Shown here piece after piece: positions 38,462 through 50,600 of a stretch of 64,000 nucleotides of DNA. Under the pieces are notes generated by a model that was given only the letters and a program-made list of their open reading frames with translations, did not search any database and was not told the DNA's origin. The stretch is from assembly GCA_051362555.1 (NCBI GenBank), contig CM120641.1:37020401-37084400 (forward strand), read 5' to 3'. The number at the start of each line of letters is the position of its first letter. The stretch's first letter is position 1. This DNA is from Lingula anatina (Eukaryota; Animalia; Brachiopoda). The translations under genes were made by a program, and so were the position numbers.

Positions 38462-41400
38462 TTTAATGTGTGTTAGGTTAAATTTAAAAAAAAAAAAGAT
38501 TGTGGTATGTCTATTCAGATATGATGATTGATCAGAAAAGCACAAAGAAACTGTGAACAGAGATACTGTCCCGGTGGAAACTGTTAAATTAAGATGTTCT
38601 ATGATAATCAAAGGGCCAATTGAATTTTATAGAATAAGACAGAAAAGGTGCTTACATGTGTTTTATAGCTTTTTTAAATTGATAGCAAATAAAGATTAAA
38701 TAAAGATAGTATATTTCTGCTTATGTTGAAGTATGCCAGAAAGTTTAGACACTTAGTTTCAAGTAATTTTTGAAAATCAGGGTATTTCTTGCTTAGAGGC
38801 CATTGTATTTGTTACTTTGAAATTTTTGTGTCACTTCTGTATATATGGTAGCCTTGCTGTCTAGCTTGATTTTAATATCTCTTCACACAATCATTTAGAA
38901 ATGATTTTGACAAAACAATTTTTGATGGGCATGCAATATTTATCATGTTGTTATCATTTCAAAAGCAAATGCAATCAATTCAAAAGCAAATGCAATTTTA
39001 TTATTACTCATACATGGAAAAAATGAATATTTTTCTATAAGGCATAAATCACATTATGTGATGTACTTCATCTACTTGAGATTTGTCTATGTGCCTATGT
39101 ATAACACCTTGAAAGTAAGCATGTGAAAAGTAAATTGCCTCCAACTTCCTATCTTTCCTATCAACAATTGTATTATTTGAAAGTGAAGTGTTTAATTACC
39201 AGGGCTCAAGTTGTTAGTGCTGTTCCATATAGTGAGTATCATAGCCGGTGAAGTGTGTTTTGCTTGAGAAGCCTGTGGGCCAGCTTATTGGTATTATCCA
39301 ACCAAATCATTGACCACCTTTATTAAAAATTGTAGCCAAGGAGCTGTGCATATCCTTTGCTAAGTCTTTATTTATATCACTTTCAGTTTTTTGCTCGATT
39401 GGTAGTGTTGAGAGACATTACATGAACTTTTACCAGGACTATTTTATACCAGCAAAAATACCATATAAAATTTTTCTTTCACATTGGAGATAAAAAACCT
39501 TGATATTCAATGGTCAAAACCAAAGTTAAGAAATTTTGTTTTATTAACAGTAGAAATGTGTATGAATTTGAATATCCTGTGTCAAAAACTAATTATTGTG
39601 CATGGGAGTGAAAAAAAAAAGTCGATTTAAAAAGGCACAAGCAATGGTGTTACATATATCTGCAGCAGTTCTTTATCTAGTGAACATGCTATGTTCAATC
39701 AATTTATCAGTGGAGTACTGAAAAAACAAACTGGTGCTGCTCCAATTGTCTGGTTATGGATTATTCCTTTGGAATGTTTCTTTGCTTTTCTTTTAGACAT
39801 TAGATAATAAATTCAAATAGTTGTTTGACAGATCAATTTTATTTTATGTTAATAAAGTTAACATCAGTCTTTGATCAGGAACTGTGTTTTAGTTACGCAT
39901 ACAGTTTCCATCCAGATCATTAAAGACAATAAAGCCCAAACAAATGGTAGTTTTTAAAGGTGGCTCTCCTCTGTTTATCAGTCCTCAATATGGGCTGTTT
40001 GAAGGACGTAGGTGTAGATCTGAATGTCACACATAACAAGTGAAGCCTGTTGGTATTAATCGAAGGATGTTTTTGTTGGCAGACAGGAGGTTTCATACGG
40101 GATAGATATTTCTGTGAATTTCCTACTGGATTCTTTTGGCAACAAACAGATATATTGAAAGAAGAATGTAAACTAATGGGAATTCCATGATTGTTTTCCA
40201 ATTAAACAAAAAATGTGATCAAATATGTAACAGCATATATGGCTAATATTTTGGATGAATTAATCTATATGTTAATCACAACATGGTAATTGTCTGGATA
40301 CATTTGCTCAGTGCTTTAATTGTGCCAGATAATTAATGTTTTATTCAGCTTTCTAGCTAACTTACTTTTTCAAGGTAAGGTGTGATCTAACTATGAACCC
40401 CAAGGTCAATTATTCTAGCCATTTGGATCAATTTTATTATTCATTGTCTTATCTACTTTGGCCAGTTTAAACATGCTGGGTATATTACATGCAACCTTTG
40501 AGGGATAATGAATTTATAACAGAATCCTTTTAAATATAATATGATATTGAAGTAACTGAAGGAGCATCACCATTTATCAATTTTAAATCCCCTTATCTTT
40601 TTTTTCATAAAAACTTGATTAGTTTGTTTCAGTTTGCTTCTAGACCTGCATTGTACAGTTTGGAAAAAAAGTTGAAAAACAATCATCATGGAAACTGATC
40701 TAGTTGAAGATCGGTCAACATTCAATCTTAAAAGCTGGTTAAAAGTAAATGCCACTCGGTAACATATCTAGCCAAGCGTGGTTTTTCTCCTAAAACAACC
40801 ACTTCAATTTAATTTGAATCACTGTAAAGAAAGGGATGTCTTCTGCTATCCTGGAAGAAGTGAGCTTGATTGAATCTTTTAGGGTCTTGTTACAATTTAA
40901 TTAGTGTTACAGACTGAGATAGAAATACAAGTTGGCATGGGGGAATGAGTGATGCTTAATTCTCTTGCACAAAAGATTAAAGAAGCATCTGGCAGATATG
41001 CCAGTAGTCTGTATTTTCTGGTTGATCAAAACCCGCTTGGGATATTGTCATTTTGTAAGAGATAGACATTCTGTATTTTGTGGCCTACAGTGTCTGGTTA
41101 CAGTGGTATTTGTGGCGAGAAAAGCTTGTGAGGGTCATGTATGATCACAACATACATTGCACTGTCATATTTTGTGATTTTTAGAAAGACTGAATTGCTC
41201 TACTATTCCTTTATAATATTGAGTCGAAAAGAGATGCAGATCTCTGTTGGCAGGAGTTCAACCCAATCCCGCATTAATGTTGGGTAGAAATAAAATGTTT
41301 CTAAAGCAAAGAAGTCAAAGCAATATAATATTTCTACTTTAAAAATCTTCCAACTTGTTACATTAGATATTTCTGTTTTTATTAGGCTTGTTTCTAAGCC

Positions 41401-42008
41401 CTGAATATGTGGCATGGCTTAGAAACAAGATCTCTGACCAATCCTACTAAGGCTGTGTTCACAACAGATGATCCTCGGACTAACTAGTCCATAAATCAAA
41501 TATGTCCGACCCTACTTGAAAGCAATGCCAAATAATCCCTTAATTGTCTCTCTGCCTACTGGCGCCATGCCTGCAGAGGTCTAGCAATTAAAGCTAAATT
41601 AAAATGCTTTGAGACACACACAGTAGAGGCGTGTTTTTCAATGAGTCCAAATCATATTAGTGAAGAACCTTTGCAGCATGGTCCAGTTAACAGCTTCCTG
41701 CTGAGGCACTCCTCCAGCATTGATTGGCAGTGTATTATTTTTGTATATTGATGGCATGAAGAATATTTTGATGAGAAAATTAACAATAGAAAATCATCAA
41801 ATATTGTGTGTGTGTGTTTACGAGTGTTGTGTGTTCCCACCTTTGCAGAGAGGTCACAGTTAAAACTTAGATCAACACTAAGCTATTTTGAAGCCCTTCT
41901 TGACAGAGACCTTTGTAGGTAGTGCATATTATTTTTCCTTTTTGAAAAATATCACATCAGTGTTTTTCAAACTTAGACTGGGTTCCCATATCTAGATCGA
42001 TATTACAG

Positions 42009-42199
42009 GTTCGATCCATCTCTGAGGGTTTTCCTCGTTAAATTGCTTTTAGCTTAAGTGACTTAGATGACTGGCACTCCTGCTGAAGCTGCTAAATGAT
42101 AAGTAATTACCCCTTAGCAGCTTCAGTAGGCATGACAGACATCTAAGCCCCTTAAGTTAATTGCAATTTTGCGAGAATCCCCTTAGAGATAGATTGATC
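42009..42199. mobile_element. Foldback/palindromic MITE: ~85-bp imperfect arms, 18-nt spacer
   Basis: ...ctgaagctgctaa [atgataagtaattacccc] ttagcagcttcag...; the arms align along their whole length with scattered substitutions. Confidence 0.7.
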
Positions 42200-42680
42200 C
42201 ACAGTTTGTACGACGGGGTCTGGGAATGGTTCCTTGCAGAGTTTTACTCAATAGAACATCATAATTGTTATATAGGACAATTAAGTTAAGAAGAGAAACA
42301 TAATATTATAAAGTAATAAATGCAGTTATATAAAAGCAATTGATCTGAAGTAAGGTTATGACTTGATCTTTTCTATAGGCGAATATTCATAAAATTTCAG
42401 ATGCATGATTTATAGTCACAAAAAATATAATTACAAAAAATTTATTTCTATATAGTATTTGTGGTGCTTTTACTGCATAGAATAGAACTATAGAGGAGCC
42501 TGCCTTTTCATTTTGTTGCTACCACTCAATAGGAATGCTGTCATTTTAAGAAATGATGACAGTATCTGAAAAATTCATTATTTTCCCCCACATTAAAATG
42601 TGATTAATTTTTAAACCAAAGACTAGATGCACAATGACATTCTGGTAATGGGTTTGATAGATGAATAATTCACATTTGCT

Positions 42681-42757
42681 GCAAATGCAATATTAAGATT
42701 CGTTACAGCATATTTTTTTGGCAAATGCAATATTAAGATTCTTTACAGCATATTTTT
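42681..42757. repeat. Tandem duplication, 40 bp x2
   Basis: gcaaatgcaatattaagattc(g/t)ttacagcatattttt twice. Confidence 0.85.
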
Positions 42758-43273
42758 CGTATTGGCTACATACTTTGCATTGTTAATATGCATTTAAAAG
42801 TACACTTCAATAAAGTATGTGCTCATAGGTGTGTAAAGAAGCTGTTTGATTTCTTTTATTTTTGTAACTTATGCAATTCATGAACTATGATTACTTGTGA
42901 CTTTCCCAATATTAGCTTGGTAAGCACTTTGATTTGTAATCTTATTATTTATTTTTTCAATTTTAGAAAAAAATGGAGACATTATGGACACCGTATTGTT
43001 GAAGAGGTTTTTATTCCACAAGTTCTCATAACATAACTTTTTTACAGATGCAGCTGATCAAGAAATGGCCAAAGTAAAACTTTGAATATATGTAATACAG
43101 TAATACTACATCAGTAATAAAACATGTAGTAAACCCTTTTCAGCTGTATGACTCAGTTTGGTTTATCTAACAAACATGCTTAAATAGATTTTAAGATAAC
43201 AGATAAATATGATAATAAGCCCATGCAAGGCTCACTTCAACACAAATTTTTATCCAATTGTTCAAGTGGCACT

Positions 43274-43279
43274 TTTATT
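43274..43279 (-). terminator. Candidate polyadenylation signal (AATAAA) for the nested GPCR, implying a ~2.5 kb 3'UTR
   Basis: AATAAA on the - strand followed by a GU-rich tract (tttgtgttgaagtg). Sits near the edge of a region whose A/C-rich + strand composition is opposite to the surrounding intron. Confidence 0.3.
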
Positions 43280-45760
43280 TTTATCTAATATTTTTTTATG
43301 ACTGACAAAAAAAGTCATTATTACTGGTCAGGAGCCATATAACGTGAAAATTGGATAAACAGGATGTGTTAGAGAAATGAGACACTTTTCATGAAAATAT
43401 TATCCAAAAGTATACAATTTTCTTGTAGATATCTACATCATAACTTCACATGATCTTTCATCTGCCCTTGTTTTCCTGTGGCAATTTGCACATATTTAAC
43501 ACCAGCATGAACATGTTTTTGTAAGGTTATATCTGAAATCTAACATACGCTGTATACATCCATTTATATCTCAACATTTTTTCATTATCCTTGTATAAAT
43601 AAAAACCAATCAAACAATCAAGTAACCAACGAAACCAACCAACCACAAAGAAAAACAAACAAACAGCTCTACCTATGACACCTAGCATAATTTATCGTGA
43701 TTCTTTCAGTTGTTATGGATGTTACATACAAATGTACAGGAAGTTGATTTATTACAAGCTTTTTGAATTGTAGGTTCTATTTGCACACACCTATCATTAC
43801 ACAACATACATTCTGAAGTCTTTGCTTCAGAAAAAAGCCAGAATACAATCTTAAAACTTTGCTTCAGAAAAAGCCAGATCACCTGAAATGATTTTAATAC
43901 AGTATTATTACAGGTAAAAACAGGTGAAAGTACATGTCACTACCCTGGCAGGTAGACTGTTTTCCTTCAGGGTCTTGCTGACCTGGGGTTTGTTTCACCA
44001 AGCAACATGGTTTCCAGGGACTGTTGTTATGGTATCCTTCTCTAAATTTATCGTTTACATTGAAGCTGGAGAACCCTGTAATGAGAAGTCATCCGCCATT
44101 GAAGGTTTCGCGAACCAGGTCCTTTATGTAAAAATAGCCTTATACATGGAAACCTCTTTTTTGTTGTAATTCTACAGAAAGTATCTGTATTCCCCAGAAT
44201 TTTGCATTATTTGTCAGTAATCATTAGCTAATAGAGTGTTATCTCTTAATAGACTGAAAAGGTAAAGTTATGACTTGGTCATAATGGTACAGGAAAAATG
44301 AAAGTAAAAATATTTCATTTCAGTCAAATGTTACACCGTGTCCTGAACTTGCAATTGAGTATTACTGTCTTTCATCTATTAATGTACAAGCTGGACATGT
44401 GCTGCCATGAAAATTGTCACCAATGGCAGTGGCTGAATATGACAAACAAAACTTCCTTGGTTAACAGTAAACCATCCAAGTTAACAGTTTACTACCCAGG
44501 ATAACAATTAACTACCCAGTTTAACAGTCATAACTACTTCTTACGTCCAGTCAGATGTGAATTTACAGCAAACAGTAAAAACAACTCTGAAAAAAATCTG
44601 ACTGTCTCAGAGATGACCCAGAATAAATTGTGAATCGATCCATAATTTGGAAAAAATTAGGCCCAATACATGAACTTGAATCAATAATTTTCTTATACAG
44701 ACTGTCATAATTTCAAAAGTTAGCAAACGAATAATTTGCTATTGATCCATGTAAGACAAAAGTGATACCAGAATGAGCCCAGATGTATGGTAAAGTTTTT
44801 CTGAATACAGTTGGCATACGGTTGCTTTCATCTTCACTGGAAAAATTTTTCCACCGTTTAGTTTTGACCTTTCTTTTGAAGAAGGTTGCCTAAACAGCAG
44901 TAGTCAAGTTTACAATCAGGTGTGCACTTCTGTTTGACATGGTGTTTTGGTGTTTTGCACCTTAATTATCATCAGAGCAGATGTCTTGTGTCGGAAAACA
45001 AACAGACAAAATGGAGGAGGAGGTGGAAAGGGGATAAGATGAGACCTCATGATTCAATTTTTTGGCAAAAAATGTTTACGGTTACGATAAAGAGAAATAA
45101 ATGGTGTGCAAGAGGTACCAGCGGTAGCCATTCTATAAACATGTTTTAATAGAGACGTCTGTTAAGAAGATGCCTGTCAAAAAAAAAAAAAAAAAAAAAA
45201 AAAAGATCATAAAAAGAATTAAAGTTGCAAAATTTTAAAAATGGAAATAATATGGACAAAAAGAAAATAGAAAAAGCAAATTTGTAAAAAGAAAATAAAA
45301 GCATTAACGATAAGCTAGTACATCAGCTATGATACATATGAATAACTAAATTATTTGTCTGTGGGTTTAGGTTGAAATCAAAGGCAGGTGTAAGTGAAAT
45401 ATACATTTAAAAACGGCTATAAATGAGGTATTTATACAGAAGATTAAAACCATACACATAAAAAAGTAGGACCTTACCTTGATATGGTAAATAAGTGATA
45501 CTGCAAGCTCATTGTTCCATTGACATTTTTATCAATAAAATTAATATAAATAGACATAAATGTTCTTGCCATCTAAGTTCATTTTTATATTAGGAAGATA
45601 TATTCTGTATCAGTGATAGAATTTGTCAGTGTTACCCTTGGTGTGAAACCTATCTTTGGATACATTTTCAAGTCAGTCATTGGTGGCTATGAAATCAGCT
45701 ACTTCAAAAATATGTCTTCATAAATTGGTAGTCTTCTGAGCAAAAAATCCACGTTGGGCA

Positions 45761-47206
45761 CTATAGGCAAACTTGACTTCCAGTGGAGTCATTATCTTTC
45801 ATGATGGCTACTGTCTCAATTTTTACTTCATGGTTTAGGCTGCCCTTTTCAGCTCCAACAAGTTTTACCTTCAGTCCGTTACATGGTGGAGGTCCTAGGA
45901 ACTGCTCTTTGGGTGTAGCTTTTTTGCCATTTTGGGGCACATCTAGATAATTTTTGTTTTGGACACTTCTTTGTGGTGTCAGAGTTGTCACATTTGTATT
46001 TGATGGATATTTTGACATTTTTGTAGTTTCAAGGTCAGGTGAGACAGAAGCCTCTCGCTCCTCTGGTGGACCAAATGCATTTGATGGAGCATTAGAAGGG
46101 GCCTCAGTGGGAAGTGCAATTTCATATGTCGAGCTTCGTCGTGTTCCTGTGATTTTATCAATTATGTAACGCAGCTCTTTTCGGTAGTTTTCATTCAGCC
46201 ATCCATAAAGAAAAGGGTTAATGCAAGCAGAACTCACAGCAAATGCTTTCAAAATTAAATCATACAATGTGTCGTAGTTATCAGAAGTGTTGTCTGAATA
46301 GTATAACCTCAAAATGAGTACAGTTGAGAATAAACTCCATGGCAACCAGCAGATGATGAAGAGAATCACAATGGCTGCCAAAATTTTGGTGGTTCTGGTT
46401 TTACGTTCGGAAGGTTTTTTGCGATTCTTTAATCGTAGATAGATCTGCCCATAAAGGACGATAGCAATGACCAAAGGAGCAAGAAACTGAGTGACAAAGG
46501 TTACTACAGTGTAGATACTCTTCTGATCTTTATTTGGCCAATTTTCCTCGGCACATAATACCCTCTGAGTCTCCATTAAGGCCTTGAAACTTTTATTTTG
46601 ATCATCTTCCCATAAATCTGTGTAGATAAACAAGGGTATTGCAATGACAAAGGCAATCATGTTTGACATGCATATCAGTAGCACTGCGGTCCTCTTGGAG
46701 ATTCTTGGCTTCATCGGATGCAATATCAGACGGTACCGATCAAAAGCAATCATCAGCATTGTTAAGGTGGAAGTATATATTGGAATAGCAAAAGATGCAA
46801 ATAAGACTTTGCACATCACCCGTCCAAAGGGCCAATTTTTTACCAGTTGGTAGTACAGCTGGAGTGGAGTATTAAAAGTCAGGAGAGTTATATCAGAAAT
46901 GGCAAGAGTACAGATGAAAATGTTGGTTACCGTTCTCATGTGGCGACGACGGAAGACTATATACACAATGAAGACATTTTCCAGGACTCCCATAGCTATC
47001 AGTATAGAGTAGACAGCCACTATGATCCCTTTGCTCACAGGATAATCCACCAAACTCAACCTTGGAGTGCTGAGGTTGTACAGCATATTCTGTAGCTCCT
47101 CTGGGCTGGAATTGCATAAAGAAATATCAGTTTCAGATAGATTGGTGCCAGAACACATATCAGTGAAATCAAGCATTATCCATATATTTTTTCTAAATCC
47201 AGTCAT
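45761..47206 (-). CDS. Intronless class A (rhodopsin-like) neuropeptide GPCR, NPY/PrRP/sNPF-receptor-like, 481 aa, nested antisense in a CPSF2 intron
   Basis: Seven hydrophobic segments. Motifs: MRTVTNIFICTLAISD (TM2), WPFGRVMCK, DRY, ECL2 Cys (VLCAEENWP), CWLP, and SSACINPFLYGWLNENYRKE (helix 7/8 signature of the NPY/PrRP/sNPF receptor group). N-terminal N-glycosylation sequons; long S/T/P-rich tail. Confidence 0.95.
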   Translation of the reverse strand: MTGFRKNIWIMLDFTDMCSGTNLSETDISLCNSSPEELQNMLYNLSTPRLSLVDYPVSKGIIVAVYSILIAMGVLENVFIVYIVFRRRHMRTVTNIFICTLAISDITLLTFNTPLQLYYQLVKNWPFGRVMCKVLFASFAIPIYTSTLTMLMIAFDRYRLILHPMKPRISKRTAVLLICMSNMIAFVIAIPLFIYTDLWEDDQNKSFKALMETQRVLCAEENWPNKDQKSIYTVVTFVTQFLAPLVIAIVLYGQIYLRLKNRKKPSERKTRTTKILAAIVILFIICWLPWSLFSTVLILRLYYSDNTSDNYDTLYDLILKAFAVSSACINPFLYGWLNENYRKELRYIIDKITGTRRSSTYEIALPTEAPSNAPSNAFGPPEEREASVSPDLETTKMSKYPSNTNVTTLTPQRSVQNKNYLDVPQNGKKATPKEQFLGPPPCNGLKVKLVGAEKGSLNHEVKIETVAIMKDNDSTGSQVCL

Positions 47207-49589
47207 TGACTTTGTGTAAAGTTTTACAATCTCATGGTATGCACATCCAAAATGATGTCACTGCAAAGTCCCTTTTTTATAGCTATCGCTTTCCATTTCA
47301 GGACAATAGCATTGCTTCCAAGGTATCTGTTTCTGGTATGCTACATTATAGAGCTGCTGACAACCATAAAAACTTCACAGGAAAGTACCTCTTATAGCAG
47401 CAGCACTAGTCTGACTTCATTCATAGGTTTGCTATTAAGCTCCATATTTTTCATCATGATCTCCTAGTATCTTTTACTTTTAATCAAATGCAGTTGTTCA
47501 AGTTATGCCACACAGCTATGTAATTTTTGTGTTTTCACATAGTTGAAAGTATGCTGTATCAAACTACTTGGTGGACAGTAATGCCACTTGTTTTCAGTTT
47601 CCTAGAATCAACTATTCCTCGAAACTGCATGTATATCAAAATCTGGCACCTGTGAATCATCTCATATTTTCACAATCTTCATTTAGCAAGAAGAAAAACC
47701 TTGTGAACTTCAATCCAATCATTTGAAACATAAACACCAATATGTCTCAGCTGGCCTGTTTTTCCTGAACAATTATGAGATTTAAGCATGAAATTTTTTG
47801 GGCAGTCCAATGAAATGGATAGCCGCGAGCAATAATGAGCTCCTGCTGTTTTTTTACCCAAGCAGATAAATGTAAGTGTTCCTTGATAGCTACTCAGACA
47901 CACACTGATGTGAAGTTGAATGCTCTCATTAATATGCAGGCAGTTGTGATCACCTGACTTTCAGCTCTACATTATACGCCTGCAGATTGTCGCTCTGCTG
48001 GAGTCTCCTCCTCTATCAATACGTAACGCTTTTCATGAACCCTACATAATAAATCTTTGACATTAGATGCAATTTTTCTTAACCAGACTTAATTAAAAAT
48101 ATTGGACAGATAACTGGCCTTGTTTTAAAGGATGCATTTGAGATTAAAGCTCTTCATCATAACCCCTACTTTTTACAGTCAGTTCAAGTGTTACCCTCTC
48201 ATGATCCCTAAACTATACGTTTTGCACATTTAGTGATAAAAACAAAGGAGAATTGCCTTGTGCAACTTTTCATAAAACACTGAATAGAGAAACTAATGAT
48301 CTATATTTATAAGGAAGTTGGTGTTGCAAACATTAAAATCATCAGGCAGATTGGAGTGAATCAAATCTTAGGAGAAAAACAATTTTTGTGATGAGATCAA
48401 CTGTGTTTTCTCTGCAGGCATCTTTCGTGCTGAGTTTGATTTGCAACTTCTTTTCTTTCTCAATAGCCTCTCTGCATGCATGCTAAGAAAATCATTATTA
48501 ACTCATTCATGAAATGAAGTGTATAGGAAGGCATGCTTCTCAAAGCTTAAATTTGCCAATGCGGCTGTCAATCACCTTGTGATTGACTGATGGTTCAAAT
48601 GGGTTGATTTAAACATTATAAGTAGACTTTCGCCTGCTACAAATATTGGCTGAATTATTTAAGTGATCCTGAAAATGGTGTAACCAGCATAGAGTGAGAT
48701 TTAGGTAAATAGCAGTAGCTTGTTTGGTTTCAAAGTTTCCACCTCGTTTGCATGTTTTTGATCATAATCAATTTGCATCTCTGTCAGATATTAGATAACT
48801 GCATAATTTTCACCTAAGTTATCCTGTTTGGTACATTGACATATCTTGTTATGAAAAGTTAAATAACTGACTGTTAAATGACCTAACTATACAGTGTACC
48901 TATTCCTTTTTAAAATTGACAAGAGACTAAATAGCACGTGCCATACTGTTTTTTTTTATTAATGAGATTCTCTTTCAAAGGACATCAACCTGTGTTTTGG
49001 ATAAAACATTGAATGAACTCATACATAGTAGAATTTTGGCTTCTGAAGTCATTCAGTGCAGCTGATTAACAATCTTGTTATTGGAATCAAATCAGATTCA
49101 TATCAATATTTTTGGGTAAAGCATCAGCTTGTACATTAATTGGCAGATATATAAACCAGATGAAATGACTTGGTCAATGATTAGGATACAGAATTGTGCT
49201 GTCTTTGCTATCAATCCAGTTAAAAAACCATCAGCAATGATGTTCATGGACATTCCAAGCAATAAACATGAATTCCTTGGAAGTGATCAAGAGATTCAAG
49301 GATGCCCTCAGAATACATCACCGTATGTAATTGCATTTGTTTGCAGAAAAGTGGAAGGATATTCTCAAGCGAGTCATTTAAAAGTTGTTTCTGTTTGTTT
49401 AATGCTCTTCCTTGCAGTGATCCATTAGTTGCAATTGTTTTTGTGTGATAGCTCATGCAAAGAAAACAGTGATGAAGAACATTTTAATCAATTTTAATTG
49501 ATTTACCCATGGCATAACATATGTTTTTATGCATTTGTACAAACTCGTTGCTTCCTATATTTTTTTTTAGAGTTGCTTCTTATTATCAT

Positions 49590-49599
49590 ACACACACAT

Positions 49600-49635
<36 letters not shown>

Positions 49636-49660
49636 AGAGAGGGGGAGAGAGAGAGAGAGA
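49590..49660. repeat. (CA)n(GA)n compound microsatellite
   Basis: Direct reading. Confidence 0.9.
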
Positions 49661-50512
49661 ATTAACTTATTATTGCAGGGATGGAAATATATTAACCTTG
49701 TCCAAATGGCTATAGAAATTAACACTCTGGTTTGTGAATAATGTATTGTTCTTGTACAAAAAGGACGCAGAAAAATTATTGTATTTTTGTATTACGGTAC
49801 CATTAGGTCAAATTTCTGACACGTTAATAACTTTTTTCATTTTTTTTTTTTTGACAAGCGAAAGTACTTGATAGATGATAATCTTAGTGTATCTTAATCT
49901 ATTAAGAATTATACCACTTTGGTAATCTTATTTACGTGTATCATGTTGAATGCTAAAGATGTGAACAACGATAAATAGTTTCTCTGAAGCATGCAAAAAG
50001 ACTTCATTATACTACATTATCGGCTCTAATGTGGGACTGATAAGTGTGCTTTTGCTGTTTGATGTAATTGAGTATAAAAATTTATGTTAATTTTATAGCG
50101 GTTTTTGATCAATTAGTGTTAATTTTAGATAGCTTCACATAAAAGTCAAACTCATTGTTATCTAAAGTTATGGCATACATGAAGGCTATTTATACTGTGG
50201 GAGTGAGGGAAAAAGTACTACTTAGAAAATAGTTGTAGAAAATTGGACGCAAACTAGTAACAACTACCATGGCATAAGATACATGCAGATAAGATGGGGT
50301 CAGAAACCCAGACTTCGGCAAATCTGCACTGTTAAAAGATCAGTGGCAATGATGAAGATATAGTGATGGCAGACATTTGTAAGTGTACAACTGACAGAAC
50401 ACCAACTAATGGTTGATCATCAGAAGAGTTTTTTTTCCAAGAGCAGTGATTCTCAGTATAGTTTGATCCTCAATACAATGTAGAGATGGTCAGAATGGAG
50501 ATTCCCGATGTA

Positions 50513-50600
50513 GAGATCACTGGTATAGAGACATCTAGTGGAGATCACTGGTATAGAGACATCTAGTGGAGATCACTGGTATAGAGACATCTAGTGGAGA
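50513..50600. repeat. Minisatellite, 28-bp unit x3 (gagatcactggtatagagacatctagtg)
   Basis: Three identical units with no spacers; degenerate ~14-bp subunits on both flanks. Confidence 0.9.

Noticed and set aside
38349-38611. Poly-Asn and poly-Leu ORFs
   Set aside because: Translations of the (AAT)n microsatellite
45954-47117. Short ORFs overlapping the GPCR (45954, 46644, 46847 on +; 46893 on -)
   Set aside because: Shadow frames of a real CDS with no independent support
50513-50600. 28-bp direct repeats as a CRISPR array
   Set aside because: No spacers, no cas genes, eukaryotic context; it is a minisatellite
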